A stretch of DNA of 64,000 bases, from positions 3,616,001 through 3,680,000 of the forward strand of contig OZ242010.1 in the NCBI GenBank assembly GCA_965204745.1, given 5' to 3'. The translations under genes and the position numbers were made by a program. The notes beneath the pieces were generated by a model. The model saw nothing but the letters and a program-made list of their open reading frames with translations, was not told the origin of the DNA and ran no database searches. Positions 9,597 to 18,870 of the stretch are shown in pieces (the stretch's first letter is position 1; each line of letters opens with the position of its first letter). The stretch comes from Candidatus Latescibacterota bacterium (lineage in GTDB: Bacteria > Latescibacterota > UBA2968).

Positions 9597-11276
9597 ATGA
9601 AAACACGCTTAAACAAACTCTGGATAGCGGTGCTGGCGACGTGTGTCGCCGCAACGGTTGACGCGAGTGACCGCACGTTATCGACCGCGCCGATCAAGTG
9701 GGTTGACCCGGACAATCGCAGCATTCCCAAGCCCAAAGAGATCGAGGAGAATCTCATTTGGGACATTGTCGATCACACCTTTTTTTTCGAGGTGGGCAAG
9801 GTGCTGGATTTGGGATGGAGCGCACGGCGGGTCGGGAATCTGCTACATGTGGCGCCGCGGCGGCAGGCGGACAATGTCAATGTTTTGGACGAGGTGCCCA
9901 ATTCATCGTGGTACACCAATCGGCATTTCTTGCGGCGCATGGATGCCGCGGCATTGGCGCGAGGGCCGGGGTACGCGCAACCGGATACGAGTGGGGCGTG
10001 GGAGGTCATATCGGGAAAATTTGAGGGCTTGGCGCCCGGGTTCACAGTGCGGGATGCGAAGGGCGCGATTTACTTTTTGAAGTTCGATCCCAAAGAGTAC
10101 GATGGGTTGGCGACGACTGCCGAGGTGGTTTCGACGAAGATTTTGTACGCGGCCGGGTATCATGTGCCGCGCAATTCCGTCGTGTTTTTTTCGCCCGACT
10201 GGCTCACTGTTGGCGCCGAGGCAGAAGTGGTCGATGGCAAGGGCGGGCGCAGGGCTATGACTGCGGCGGATTTGCAAGCGGTGTTGGATGGGATCCAAAA
10301 GCAGGCTGACGGGCGTATCCGATGCCTGGCGAGCGCGTCGTTGCCGGGGGTTCCGATTGGGGTTTTCGATTTTCACGGGCGGCGGAAGGACGATCCCAAT
10401 GATCGCATATCGCACGAGCACCGGCGGGAATTGCGCGGCCTGCGCGTGATTTCGTCTTGGCTCAACGATACGGATCGGCGCGCGGCTAATACCCTGAATA
10501 TGTTTGTGACCGATGGGCGAGGACGACAATATATCGAGCACTATTTGATCGACATGGGCGCGACTTTGGGCAGCAGCACGCTGAGGCCCCGAAGCCCCAA
10601 GACGGGCAATGAGTATTTCGTGGATGTTCGCCACCTGACCCGATCCATTTTGGGCTTGGGGCTGTATCGAAAGGCGTGGGAAGAGGCGGGTCCCATGCCC
10701 TTTCCGTCGGTCGGGTATTTGGAAAGCGAGGTGTTTTCCCCCGGGAACTGGGTTACGAATTATCCCAACCCGGCATTTCAGAATTGCACCAACCGCGATG
10801 GGTACTGGGGCGCGAAAATCGCGATGGCATTTGGCGATAGCGATTTGCAGGCCATTGTGAAGACGGCGCGATTGCCCGACAAAAAGGCCGAGGCGCATCT
10901 CGTCCAACTTTTGAAAGAACGCCGCGATAAGGTGGGCAATTACTGGTTTCGGCGCGCCAATCCCCTGGATCGCTTTTGGGTGAACAGCCGGGGATTGCAC
11001 TTTGAGGATTTGGCTATCACAGGCCGGTTGGCTACCGCAAAGGAGACGCGATACGTGTACCGCATCGTCAATCCCGATGGCAAAGCGCGATCTCCCAACC
11101 GCCATCTCGATACGCCGGGTACCATCCCCATCCCACGCGATTTGCCCGAGGGGCAATATTGCGGAATCGAGCTTCGGACGCTGAGGCCCGGTTGGGCGGA
11201 TAAGTACATTCGGGTTTATTTTTACGTGTGGAAAACCGGGCGGTATCAGATCGTGCGGGTTGATCGGGAGGAGTAG
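9597..11276 (+). CDS. Secreted hypothetical protein with a probable atypical (HipA/PI3K-like) kinase fold
   Basis: Signal peptide; YFLKFD, AEVVSTKILYAAGY, WLNDTDRRAANTL, YLIDMG in kinase-like order. Confidence 0.6.
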   Translation: MKTRLNKLWIAVLATCVAATVDASDRTLSTAPIKWVDPDNRSIPKPKEIEENLIWDIVDHTFFFEVGKVLDLGWSARRVGNLLHVAPRRQADNVNVLDEVPNSSWYTNRHFLRRMDAAALARGPGYAQPDTSGAWEVISGKFEGLAPGFTVRDAKGAIYFLKFDPKEYDGLATTAEVVSTKILYAAGYHVPRNSVVFFSPDWLTVGAEAEVVDGKGGRRAMTAADLQAVLDGIQKQADGRIRCLASASLPGVPIGVFDFHGRRKDDPNDRISHEHRRELRGLRVISSWLNDTDRRAANTLNMFVTDGRGRQYIEHYLIDMGATLGSSTLRPRSPKTGNEYFVDVRHLTRSILGLGLYRKAWEEAGPMPFPSVGYLESEVFSPGNWVTNYPNPAFQNCTNRDGYWGAKIAMAFGDSDLQAIVKTARLPDKKAEAHLVQLLKERRDKVGNYWFRRANPLDRFWVNSRGLHFEDLAITGRLATAKETRYVYRIVNPDGKARSPNRHLDTPGTIPIPRDLPEGQYCGIELRTLRPGWADKYIRVYFYVWKTGRYQIVRVDREE

Positions 11277-11404
11277 GGGGCAGTCTCCTGCCGTGTGCGT
11301 GAGTGCGTTAGAATCAGTGTAGGGATCAGCAATGGCGTAGGGATAGGCCCCGTGCCCGTCCTCGTATCCACCGACCGCCTCCATTGAAAAAGCGAGATTT
11401 TGGA

Positions 11405-12256
11405 ATGTTAAACCGCAAAGACATAATGCCCATCATTGCGCGGGCCTTGGCAGAAGATGTGGGGGATGGGGATGTGACGACGAAATGGACCGTGCCCTTT
11501 GCCAAGCGTGCGGATGCCGCGATCATTGCCAAAGCCGATGGGGTGATCGCGGGTTTGGACGTCGCGCGCTGGGTGTTTGAAGCCATTGACGAGGCGATAG
11601 CGTTCGCGGCGCGGGTGAAAGATGGGGCTCGCGTCGGCGCGGGTGATGTGCTGGTCGAGGTCTCCGGCCCTGCACGCGGATTGTTGACGGGCGAGCGGGT
11701 CGCGCTCAATTTTTTGCAACGCATGTCCGGCATTGCAACGATGACCGCGCAATTTGTCGAAGCCGTGCAAGGGACAAACGCGCAGATTTTGGACACGCGC
11801 AAGACCGCGCCCGGGTTGCGCGTGTTGGACAAGTACGCGGTGGTAGCAGGCGGCGGCGCGAATCATCGGGCGGGTCTGTACGATATGGTGTTGATCAAGG
11901 AAAATCACATCGAGGCCGCAGATGGCATTGGCCCCGCGCTGTTGGCCGTGTGGAAAGGCATGGATTTCGAGGGCCGAGAGGTGCGCGTGGAGGTGGAGGT
12001 GGAGACCCTGTCCCAACTCGACGAGGTGCTCGTGCTGGGCGCGGACCGCGTGATGTTGGACAACATGCGCCTAAACGACATGCGCGAAGCCGTGCGAAGG
12101 GTCAGGCAATTAAAGGGCAAAAGACCCGAGTTGGAAGCCTCGGGCAAGGTGTCCTTGAGCGAGGTACGCGCCATTGCCGAGACCGGCGTGGATTTTATCT
12201 CTATCGGCGCGCTGACGCATTCCGTACAGGCGTTGGACATCAGCATGTTGTTTTGA
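11405..12256 (+). CDS. nadC: Nicotinate-nucleotide diphosphorylase (carboxylating)
   Basis: ALAEDVGDGDVTT, ERVALNFLQRMSGIAT, DTRKTAPG, KENHI, MLDNM, SIGALTHS. Confidence 0.97.
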   Translation: MLNRKDIMPIIARALAEDVGDGDVTTKWTVPFAKRADAAIIAKADGVIAGLDVARWVFEAIDEAIAFAARVKDGARVGAGDVLVEVSGPARGLLTGERVALNFLQRMSGIATMTAQFVEAVQGTNAQILDTRKTAPGLRVLDKYAVVAGGGANHRAGLYDMVLIKENHIEAADGIGPALLAVWKGMDFEGREVRVEVEVETLSQLDEVLVLGADRVMLDNMRLNDMREAVRRVRQLKGKRPELEASGKVSLSEVRAIAETGVDFISIGALTHSVQALDISMLF

Positions 12257-12279
12257 AAGCATCTGTATGCTTAACACAC

Positions 12280-12321
12280 AAAGGCTCGGTTCAGCAGTTT
12301 GAATCGCGCCTTTATTTTTTC
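12280..12321 (+). terminator. Putative intrinsic terminator of nadC
   Basis: AAAGGCTCGGTTCA...TGAATCGCGCCTTT hairpin followed by ATTTTTT. Confidence 0.5.
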
Positions 12322-12377
12322 GGGCGAAAAACAAAAACGCCGAAAAGGTCGGGGGTGATCTTTTCGGCGTCGGTGAT

Positions 12378-12406
12378 AATATAATGAATTGTGCCCTGTT
12401 TGTCAA
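12378..12406 (-). promoter_or_regulatory. Near-consensus sigma70 promoter facing left, with no ORF downstream
   Basis: Minus strand TTGACA-17 nt-TATATT. Confidence 0.55.
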
Positions 12407-12440
12407 GTTTGTAAATCTTTTGGAAACAGTAGGTTAGAGG

Positions 12441-12469
12441 TTGACATTCCGCGCGTGTTCGATTACATT
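12441..12469 (+). promoter_or_regulatory. Sigma70 promoter for the zinc-finger gene
   Basis: TTGACA-17 nt-TACATT; RBS AGGAGG at about 12494. Confidence 0.6.
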
Positions 12470-12504
12470 TATCCCCTCTGGTTCCGTTGTCTCAGGAGGA
12501 CGCT

Positions 12505-13386
12505 ATGCGACCGCTCAAAGTCAAGTGTGCGAGGTGCGAGGCGGTGATTTCCGCGCGACGCCTCGAGGCCGTTCCAAACACGCGCTTGTGCGTCGTGTGT
12601 CAGAACGAGGTGGAGCGAGGGATGGTGCGTGGGGAAGCGGGTTGGACCGAAGAACCCGATGTGACGCCCCTTGAGATTCAGGACGACCGGTTGGTGACCG
12701 GGGCGTGGTCTGCCGGGTTTTTGGAATTGACCGCGCAGAGTAGCCAAGTGCGCGACTTGCTCCGCGCGGGAAAGAAAGCAGATGCCGCGGCACTGGTGAG
12801 GGCATTGTCCGTTGAAGCGCAGGCCGCGCTCGTGGTTTTGGACGAAGATCCGGAAGAAGTGTTGTCCATGACCGCTGTGGATGAACGCGGCAAACCGCGC
12901 TATTCTACGGCAGTGGTGGCGCGCTTGCCCACCGAGATGTTGACCGGGCTGATCGACTACGACCCGGAGCACCGGGGGTTTAATACGCATTTGATCCGCG
13001 CCATGACCCCGGGCACATTTCGCCGCGCCGTGGCGGACACCCTGGATCCGATGGACAATGCCGAGGCCCGGTCAAAGGTGTCGTTCGAGTGGTTGCGGGC
13101 ATTGGCTGAGTTGCGCGATGTGAATAAGCGCGCCGAGTTGTTGCAAAGCGTGGATCCCGAGTTGCTCGAAGAAGCCCTGATTCCGCATGTGGAGAAGATG
13201 GGCATGAATGACATCGTGGCCTCGCTGTCCAGACACCGCTTTTTTTCCGATGATGCGGTGATGGGCGAGCGGCCGAGTTCGTTCATAGAAGACCCGGTCG
13301 TCGGGCGCGTTTTAGACGCACTCTACGAAGCCGATGCGGATCTGATGCGCTACATCATCCGCGGCGCCTGGGAACGGATGGGGTGA
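12505..13386 (+). CDS. Protein with N-terminal TraR/DksA C4 zinc finger fused to an alpha-helical domain of unknown function
   Basis: CARCEAVISARRLEAVPNTRLCVVCQ at residues 8-33; strong RBS. Confidence 0.8.
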   Translation: MRPLKVKCARCEAVISARRLEAVPNTRLCVVCQNEVERGMVRGEAGWTEEPDVTPLEIQDDRLVTGAWSAGFLELTAQSSQVRDLLRAGKKADAAALVRALSVEAQAALVVLDEDPEEVLSMTAVDERGKPRYSTAVVARLPTEMLTGLIDYDPEHRGFNTHLIRAMTPGTFRRAVADTLDPMDNAEARSKVSFEWLRALAELRDVNKRAELLQSVDPELLEEALIPHVEKMGMNDIVASLSRHRFFSDDAVMGERPSSFIEDPVVGRVLDALYEADADLMRYIIRGAWERMG

Positions 13387-13530
13387 AGATCAGCGATCAA
13401 CCCCACCCACCCCGCCTTGAGACAGGCATGGGGGCCTGTCTCTACGGCTGATGGAACTGGGCAACCTTCTCCTCTTGTATCTCACGTCTCGGTTTTGAAC
13501 TGGGCTATCGCCAGTTGTACCCCGGCCCGA

Positions 13531-14736
13531 CTAAGCTATGATCAGGTCGGTGATGGCGGCTTCGTTGAGGGCGATGCCGAGGCCGGGTTTTTCCGTGAGG
13601 GTGATGTGACCGTTTTCGATTTGCAGGGGTTCGGCGAGGAGGCCGTTGCCGAATGGGCCTTGTGCGAATCCGCTCGGGCATTCCGAGAGAAAGAAATTGG
13701 GCGTGGCCGCGCCAAGGTGCAGGCCGGCCAAGAGGTGGACGGGGGTGCTGGTGCTGACGTGGGACGCCCAAGAGACGCCGAAGACCTCGGCGAGTTGTGC
13801 GATCCGCAGGGTTTCGGAGATGCCACCTGCGCGGCACACGTCGGGCAAGAGGAGGTCGCATTCTCGGTTGAGCAACCGGTCGCGCACCACATAGCGGTTG
13901 CAATCGGTTTCGCCGACGGCAATGCGAATGGCGGTCGCTTGGGTCAGCGCGCGATACCCCTGATGGTCTTCGGGCAACAGGGCGTCTTCAAACCACTCGA
14001 CATTGCCCAAGCCTTCGAGGAACCGGGCAAAGCGCAGGGCGTCTTTGAGGTCGAAGCCGCCGTGCGCGTCAACGAGGAGTTTGCCGCGATCCCCGACGGC
14101 GTCGGACATTTGCCGGACGAGGTCCCTTTGTTCGGAGAACGCGCCCCGGCCACAGGATGTTTTGACGACGGAGAAGCCTTGGTTCAAGATGTTTTCAATC
14201 CCTTCGCGCCGAGATGCGAGGGTTTGCCCGGGCGTGCCCGAGGAGTAGATGGGGAGTTGTGTGCGGTACGCGCCGCCGAGCAGGCGATAGATGGGTTCGC
14301 CGTAGTGTTTGCCGAGCGCGTCCCAAAGGGCGATGTCGATGCCCGCGATGGCTTCGAGGGTGAAGCCCTGCGTGTGCGAGCGCAAGCGCATGGCCGAGAA
14401 CATGCGATCCCACAAGACGGCGATGGCGCGTGGGTCTTCGCCGATGAGGAGCGGGGTCAAGAGGTCTTCGACAATGGTTTTGACGACCCGCGGCGCGACC
14501 GGGGCGTGCGCTTCGCCAATGCCTTCGATGCCGCTGTCTGTTCGCACGCGAATCAAGGCGGTTGATCGGCCTGCGGGATAGACGCAGAGGTGGCGCGTAT
14601 CCGCACGTCCGGGAAAGGATTGTGCGGTTTGAGGCGCGGCTTGCGGAAATTTTAATCCGGCGGTATCTTCATACCGCGTCGCCCCGCGTTGCCGGGCCGT
14701 GGAGAGGATGTCGCAGGTGATGGCGGCGATTTTCAT
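13531..14736 (-). CDS. Mandelate racemase/muconate lactonizing enzyme family (enolase superfamily dehydratase)
   Basis: GIGEA, GIDIALWDALGK, metal ligands in DAH / FED / GE, PDVCRAGGI; RBS AGGAGG. Confidence 0.9.
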   Translation of the reverse strand: MKIAAITCDILSTARQRGATRYEDTAGLKFPQAAPQTAQSFPGRADTRHLCVYPAGRSTALIRVRTDSGIEGIGEAHAPVAPRVVKTIVEDLLTPLLIGEDPRAIAVLWDRMFSAMRLRSHTQGFTLEAIAGIDIALWDALGKHYGEPIYRLLGGAYRTQLPIYSSGTPGQTLASRREGIENILNQGFSVVKTSCGRGAFSEQRDLVRQMSDAVGDRGKLLVDAHGGFDLKDALRFARFLEGLGNVEWFEDALLPEDHQGYRALTQATAIRIAVGETDCNRYVVRDRLLNRECDLLLPDVCRAGGISETLRIAQLAEVFGVSWASHVSTSTPVHLLAGLHLGAATPNFFLSECPSGFAQGPFGNGLLAEPLQIENGHITLTEKPGLGIALNEAAITDLIIA

Positions 14737-14789
14737 TTTTGCCTCCTATGAGTGATGGGTTACCAAAAAATAAGATAAATACGAAAAAA

Positions 14790-15061
14790 GGGCGGAAACT
14801 TGCAATTTGCAAATTTCTGTAAGGTGCAGAAAGAGGTTGTAGAAACCAAATATAAATTGCAAAAACGCCCCAAACCACAACGCAAAAGAATTGACCATGC
14901 CACCGAATCTTTTGGCTTGTTGGCATCTAAATCATCACGTTGTTGGCCCTTGAAACACTGATCCTGTTCACACTCGGAAACCCCTAACTGAACAAAAAAT
15001 AAACGCGCTGTACGGTGCGATCTAGGGCCGTTTAAGACGAGCCACATACCATAGAAATTCA
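14790..15061. ncRNA. Candidate structured non-coding RNA or DNA: a multibranch domain plus a ~155-nt irregular rod
   Basis: Hand-found stems GGGCG/CGCCC, TTGCAATTT/AAATTGCAA, TTTCTG/CAGAAA, GAAT..TGG..TGGC / GCCA..CCA..ATTC, GGCCCT/AGGGCC, TGTTCA/TGAACA. Confidence 0.4.
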
Positions 15062-15079
15062 CCTGTTTTGGAGGACAGG

Positions 15080-15357
15080 ATGATCGCGCTTCCCAAAGAA
15101 CTTCAACAGACAGTCCGCGCCTCTCGGGGGCAACCCGTGCGTCTGGCCGATCCAAAAACGAATATCGAATATGTCGTGTTGCCAGCCGAGATATTCGACC
15201 AAATGCAAATTTTTTTTGCGATGTCGCGCCGCTAACAGACGCTGAAAAGCAAAATCTGCTCGTCAGTGCAGGGCTCCGTGCAGGATGGGACGACGCAGAG
15301 ATGGCTATTTACGACGAACTCGACCCGCGGAGAGATCATGAAAATCCGACGAGGTGA
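15080..15357 (+). pseudogene. Probable antitoxin, frameshifted in a T8 run near 15210
   Basis: RBS GGAGG; MIALPKELQQ...VRLADPKTNIEYVVLPAEIFD continues in another frame as ...AGWDDAEMAIYDELDPRR; overlaps the toxin start. Confidence 0.6.
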
Positions 15358-15454
15358 GGTGGTCATTGTCGATTTTCCCTCTGCTTCTGCCATGCAAGAG
15401 ATTGACGCTTGTTTGAAGGCCGCGTTGGGCATCTCGGTTAGAGCCGGATTTTGA
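15338..15454 (+). pseudogene. MazF/PemK-family toxin with a large internal deletion (38 aa left)
   Basis: N-terminal MKIRRGEVVIVDFP joined directly to the C-terminal helix MQEIDACLKAALGI. Confidence 0.7.
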
Positions 15455-15550
15455 CGCGCTCATAGACCGCCTAAAATCCGATCCATCCGAGCGGCATCCT
15501 CTCGCGTGGGACTTTGTATCGAGGTTGAACTTTCAACGAGGAGATACGCC

Positions 15551-16897
15551 ATGAATCGCAAGTCGTATTTGTTAAATGACGAGGCGATGTTGCATTTTGT
15601 TGCGCGGGGGTTTTGCGTGGTAAAAACAGATGTCGCGCCGCGGGTTCACGCGCAAATTTTGACCGATGCGGAGCGGGCGATGGCACAGGGCAATCCGGGC
15701 AATGATATTTTGCACGTTGCGCCGGGGTTGAATGAAGTTTTTGCGGATCCCGCGATAGTGGGCGCGCTGTCGAGCATTTTGGGCGATTCCTACGCGATGC
15801 ACTGCCACAGGCATTGCCATCTCAATCGCGCAGGCGCAAAGGGCCGAAGGTTTCACCAAGACGGGTCGCCGCGGCGGTTTCAGGGATGGAGCAGGCCGTG
15901 GCGGCGGCAACATCGCCCGCGCACTGTGATGGCGATTTATTACCCGCACGAAACGCCGCTAGCGATGGGGCCGACCGGGGTGATTCCCGGAACGCAGTAC
16001 TACGGCGCGCAACCGGACAATGCGTCTGAGTACGAGTTTCGCTTTGCGGTGGCAGAACCGGGGGATGTGTTGCTCGTGCATTTTGATTTGTGGCATCGGG
16101 TGTCCGACAATGTCAGTGACCGCGACCGATATATGATGAAGTTTTTGTTTGAGCGCGCAGAAGAGCCGACCGCGCCGAGTTGGGCGTTTGCGCCGGATTT
16201 TGAGGTGCTCGGGCATCGACTCAAACCCGCGCATCCCTCCGATGTGTTGTTGCAACATCCGCTCGCGTGGGACTTTATGTGGCGTTGGTTGTGTGGTGAA
16301 TCCCCGGCCGAATGGGGCGATGACGCGCCGGTTTCCGTCGATGATGCGATCCGCGATTTGAACAGCGCAGACCCCGGCGTGGTGCTCGACGCGACTTACG
16401 CGCTGGGGCGATTGGGCAACCGCGCTGTGCCCGCGTTGATGGATGTGTTGCTCGACCCCGATGGGGATTTGCGCGAGCGCGTGCCCGCGGCCCTGTCTGC
16501 CACGGGCGGGCATGCGGTTGACGCGCTCGTGGATGCGTTGGCGCATTCGGATGATTGGGTGCGCGCAACCGCTGCCGATACCTTGGGCGATATCGGGTTG
16601 CCAGCGCTCGGCGCGTTGCCCGCGATTCGCCGCGCACTTGTGGATTCGTGCGACTGGGTGCGCCACAATGCGGCGCGTGCATTGGCGATTTGGGGCAAGG
16701 CCGCCACAGGTGCCCGCGAGGATTTGCTGACCGCGCTGCAAGACGCAGAGCCGTTTGTGGGCTTTAACGCGCTGACCGCGCTGGCACACATGGATTGCAT
16801 TGACGCAAAGGTGTTGCCGCTGTTGGAGGCGATGCAAGACCACGCGCACGGGCGATTGCGCTACCAAGTCCACGAGGTCTTGCGCCGGGTTGCCTGA
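15551..16897 (+). CDS. PhyH-family Fe(II)/2-oxoglutarate dioxygenase fused to C-terminal HEAT repeats
   Basis: FHQD...DLWHR facial triad; repeats LVDALAHSDDWVRATAADTLG and LVDSCDWVRHNAARALA. Confidence 0.85.
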   Translation: MNRKSYLLNDEAMLHFVARGFCVVKTDVAPRVHAQILTDAERAMAQGNPGNDILHVAPGLNEVFADPAIVGALSSILGDSYAMHCHRHCHLNRAGAKGRRFHQDGSPRRFQGWSRPWRRQHRPRTVMAIYYPHETPLAMGPTGVIPGTQYYGAQPDNASEYEFRFAVAEPGDVLLVHFDLWHRVSDNVSDRDRYMMKFLFERAEEPTAPSWAFAPDFEVLGHRLKPAHPSDVLLQHPLAWDFMWRWLCGESPAEWGDDAPVSVDDAIRDLNSADPGVVLDATYALGRLGNRAVPALMDVLLDPDGDLRERVPAALSATGGHAVDALVDALAHSDDWVRATAADTLGDIGLPALGALPAIRRALVDSCDWVRHNAARALAIWGKAATGAREDLLTALQDAEPFVGFNALTALAHMDCIDAKVLPLLEAMQDHAHGRLRYQVHEVLRRVA

Positions 16898-16923
16898 CCG
16901 CGATAGTCGCCATCCCAAAATAG

Positions 16924-16962
16924 AATCGCCTGTCCAATGGATCGGACGGGCGATTTTTGTTT
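16924..16962 (+). terminator. Intrinsic terminator
   Basis: AATCGCCTGTCC-loop-GGACGGGCGATT followed by a T-rich tail. Confidence 0.7.
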
Positions 16963-17079
16963 GCCAATGGTCCCGTGCTTTTTTTGCGAATTTTCGCGCT
17001 TTGCTATTTTTTTGTCGTTGTGTATTTTTTTAGCGCGACTGAAATCGCATGACCGAGGACCACTAACCCCTTATTCGCC

Positions 17080-18132
17080 ATGAAAATTGCCGTGCTCATT
17101 TCTGGTGGTGTCGATAGTTCGGTGGCTTTGAGTTTGTTGAAACGGGAAGGCCATGAACTGACGGCATTTTATTTGAAGGTGTGGCTCGAGGACGAACTCG
17201 CTTTTGTGGGGGCGTGCCCGTGGGAGGCCGACCTGAAATTCGTGCGCGCCGTGTGCGAGCAACTCGACGTGCCGTTGCGGGTGATCTCTTTGCAAGCGGA
17301 GTATCTCGACCGGGTGGTGGCTTACGCACTCGGTGAGTTGCACGCGGGACGCACCCCGAGTCCGGATATCTTTTGCAATCAGCGGATCAAGTTCGGCGCG
17401 TTTTTCGACCACATCGACCGCAGTTATGAAAAAGTGGCAACCGGGCATTACGCGCAGATCGCAACGCGCAATGGGGTTTTTCAACTCAAACGCGCCCCGG
17501 ATGCGGTCAAGGATCAGACGTATTTTTTGTCGGGCCTGCGCCAAGTGCAAGTCGCGCGTGCCCTGTTTCCGATTGGGCATTTAACCAAGTCCGAAGTGCG
17601 TGCGTTGGCGCGGGAGTTCGACTTGCCCAATCGCACGCGCAAAGACAGTCAGGGAATATGTTTTTTGGGCAAGATCAGGTACGCGGATTTTATCGCATTT
17701 CACTTGGGCGAACAAAAAGGCGAGATCGTGGATCGGGAAACAGGGCGGATTTTGGGCCACCATCGCGGCTATTATTTCTATACTATCGGGCAGCGGCATG
17801 GCTTGGGTTTGGGCGGAGGGCCGTGGTACGTGGTGCAAAAAGACGTGGAGAACAATGTCATTTTCGTATCCCACGCCACGCGGTACGCAGATGCAGCGCG
17901 GCAACACTTTTTGGTGGCAAATCCCAACTGGATCTCAGAACCGCCGCGCAAGACGGCCTTGCAACTCAAACTGCGGCACGGCCCGGCAATGACGCCCTGC
18001 ACAATCGACCCCGCGGACGACGACCGATTGTCCGTCACCCTGGCAAAAAGCGATTCCGGCATCGCGCCCGGGCAATTCGCCGTGTTTTACGATAGCGAGG
18101 TCTGTCTGGGCAGCGCGGTGATTGAAAGTTGA
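17080..18132 (+). CDS. mnmA: tRNA 2-thiouridine(34) synthase
   Basis: SGGVDSS, TPSPDIFCNQRIKF, ATGHYA, KDQTYFL, KDSQGICF, PGQFAVFY. Confidence 0.97.
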   Translation: MKIAVLISGGVDSSVALSLLKREGHELTAFYLKVWLEDELAFVGACPWEADLKFVRAVCEQLDVPLRVISLQAEYLDRVVAYALGELHAGRTPSPDIFCNQRIKFGAFFDHIDRSYEKVATGHYAQIATRNGVFQLKRAPDAVKDQTYFLSGLRQVQVARALFPIGHLTKSEVRALAREFDLPNRTRKDSQGICFLGKIRYADFIAFHLGEQKGEIVDRETGRILGHHRGYYFYTIGQRHGLGLGGGPWYVVQKDVENNVIFVSHATRYADAARQHFLVANPNWISEPPRKTALQLKLRHGPAMTPCTIDPADDDRLSVTLAKSDSGIAPGQFAVFYDSEVCLGSAVIES

Positions 18133-18149
18133 GATAAATCATAACAAGT

Positions 18150-18800
18150 GCCATCGCAAAACCCCCTCCGATCAAGCCATCAAAGGAACGCTACATTATC
18201 GGGACCTACCCCCTAACCCCCGTTACTCGCTTCGCTCATTGTAGGCTACGCCTGTGCCTGCGAGGAAGGGGGAACGAGGATCGGTTTTGCGAGGGATTTA
18301 CGCGAGAGGTTTTTGGGGTTCATGGCGTGATCCATTCGCCCAAAGCCATCAAAACAGCCAAGGATACAAACCATCAAAGGAACTTTACTCCCCTTTCCTC
18401 TCAGGAAAGGGGCCGGGGGATAGGTCCCCTCGCGCAATGCCATCAGAGGAGCTTTTCTCCCCTTTCCTTGTAGGAGGAAAGAAGGGGGAACTTGTGAGCG
18501 GTTTTGCGAATCAGGACCTACCCCCCTGGCCCCCTTCCTGCGAGGAAGGGGGGAACAGTGAGCGGTTTTGCGAGGGGATGAGGTGAGGGGGTTTTTTTAG
18601 CGCTTTATGCCCTCGGTCAACGCCATCAGAGCAACCAGAGCGAGAAGCCATCAAATGAACTTTACTCCCCTTTCCTCTCAGGAAAGGGGCCGGGGGATAG
18701 GTCCCAAAAGCCATCAAAATAGCCCTTGCATTCATCTATCAAGAAACCCATGCTCCCCTTTCCTCGTAGGAAAGGGGCCGGGGGATAGGTCCCCTCGCGC
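18150..18800. repeat. Cluster of palindromic GGACCTACCCCC...GGGGGATAGGTCC units (REP/MITE-like family C). Further copies at about 8034-8252, 46135-46452, 52378-52650, 58412-58486, 62734-62921
   Basis: Each arm contains the hairpin CCCC(T)TTCCT-N3-AGGAA(A)GGGG. Arms occur as inverted pairs about 100 bp apart. Confidence 0.9.
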
Positions 18801-18870
18801 CACCCCAATTCGCAAGTGTCGTCCGCATACCGCATCGCATTCGGACAACAGCAATTCAATTTGGTGTAAT

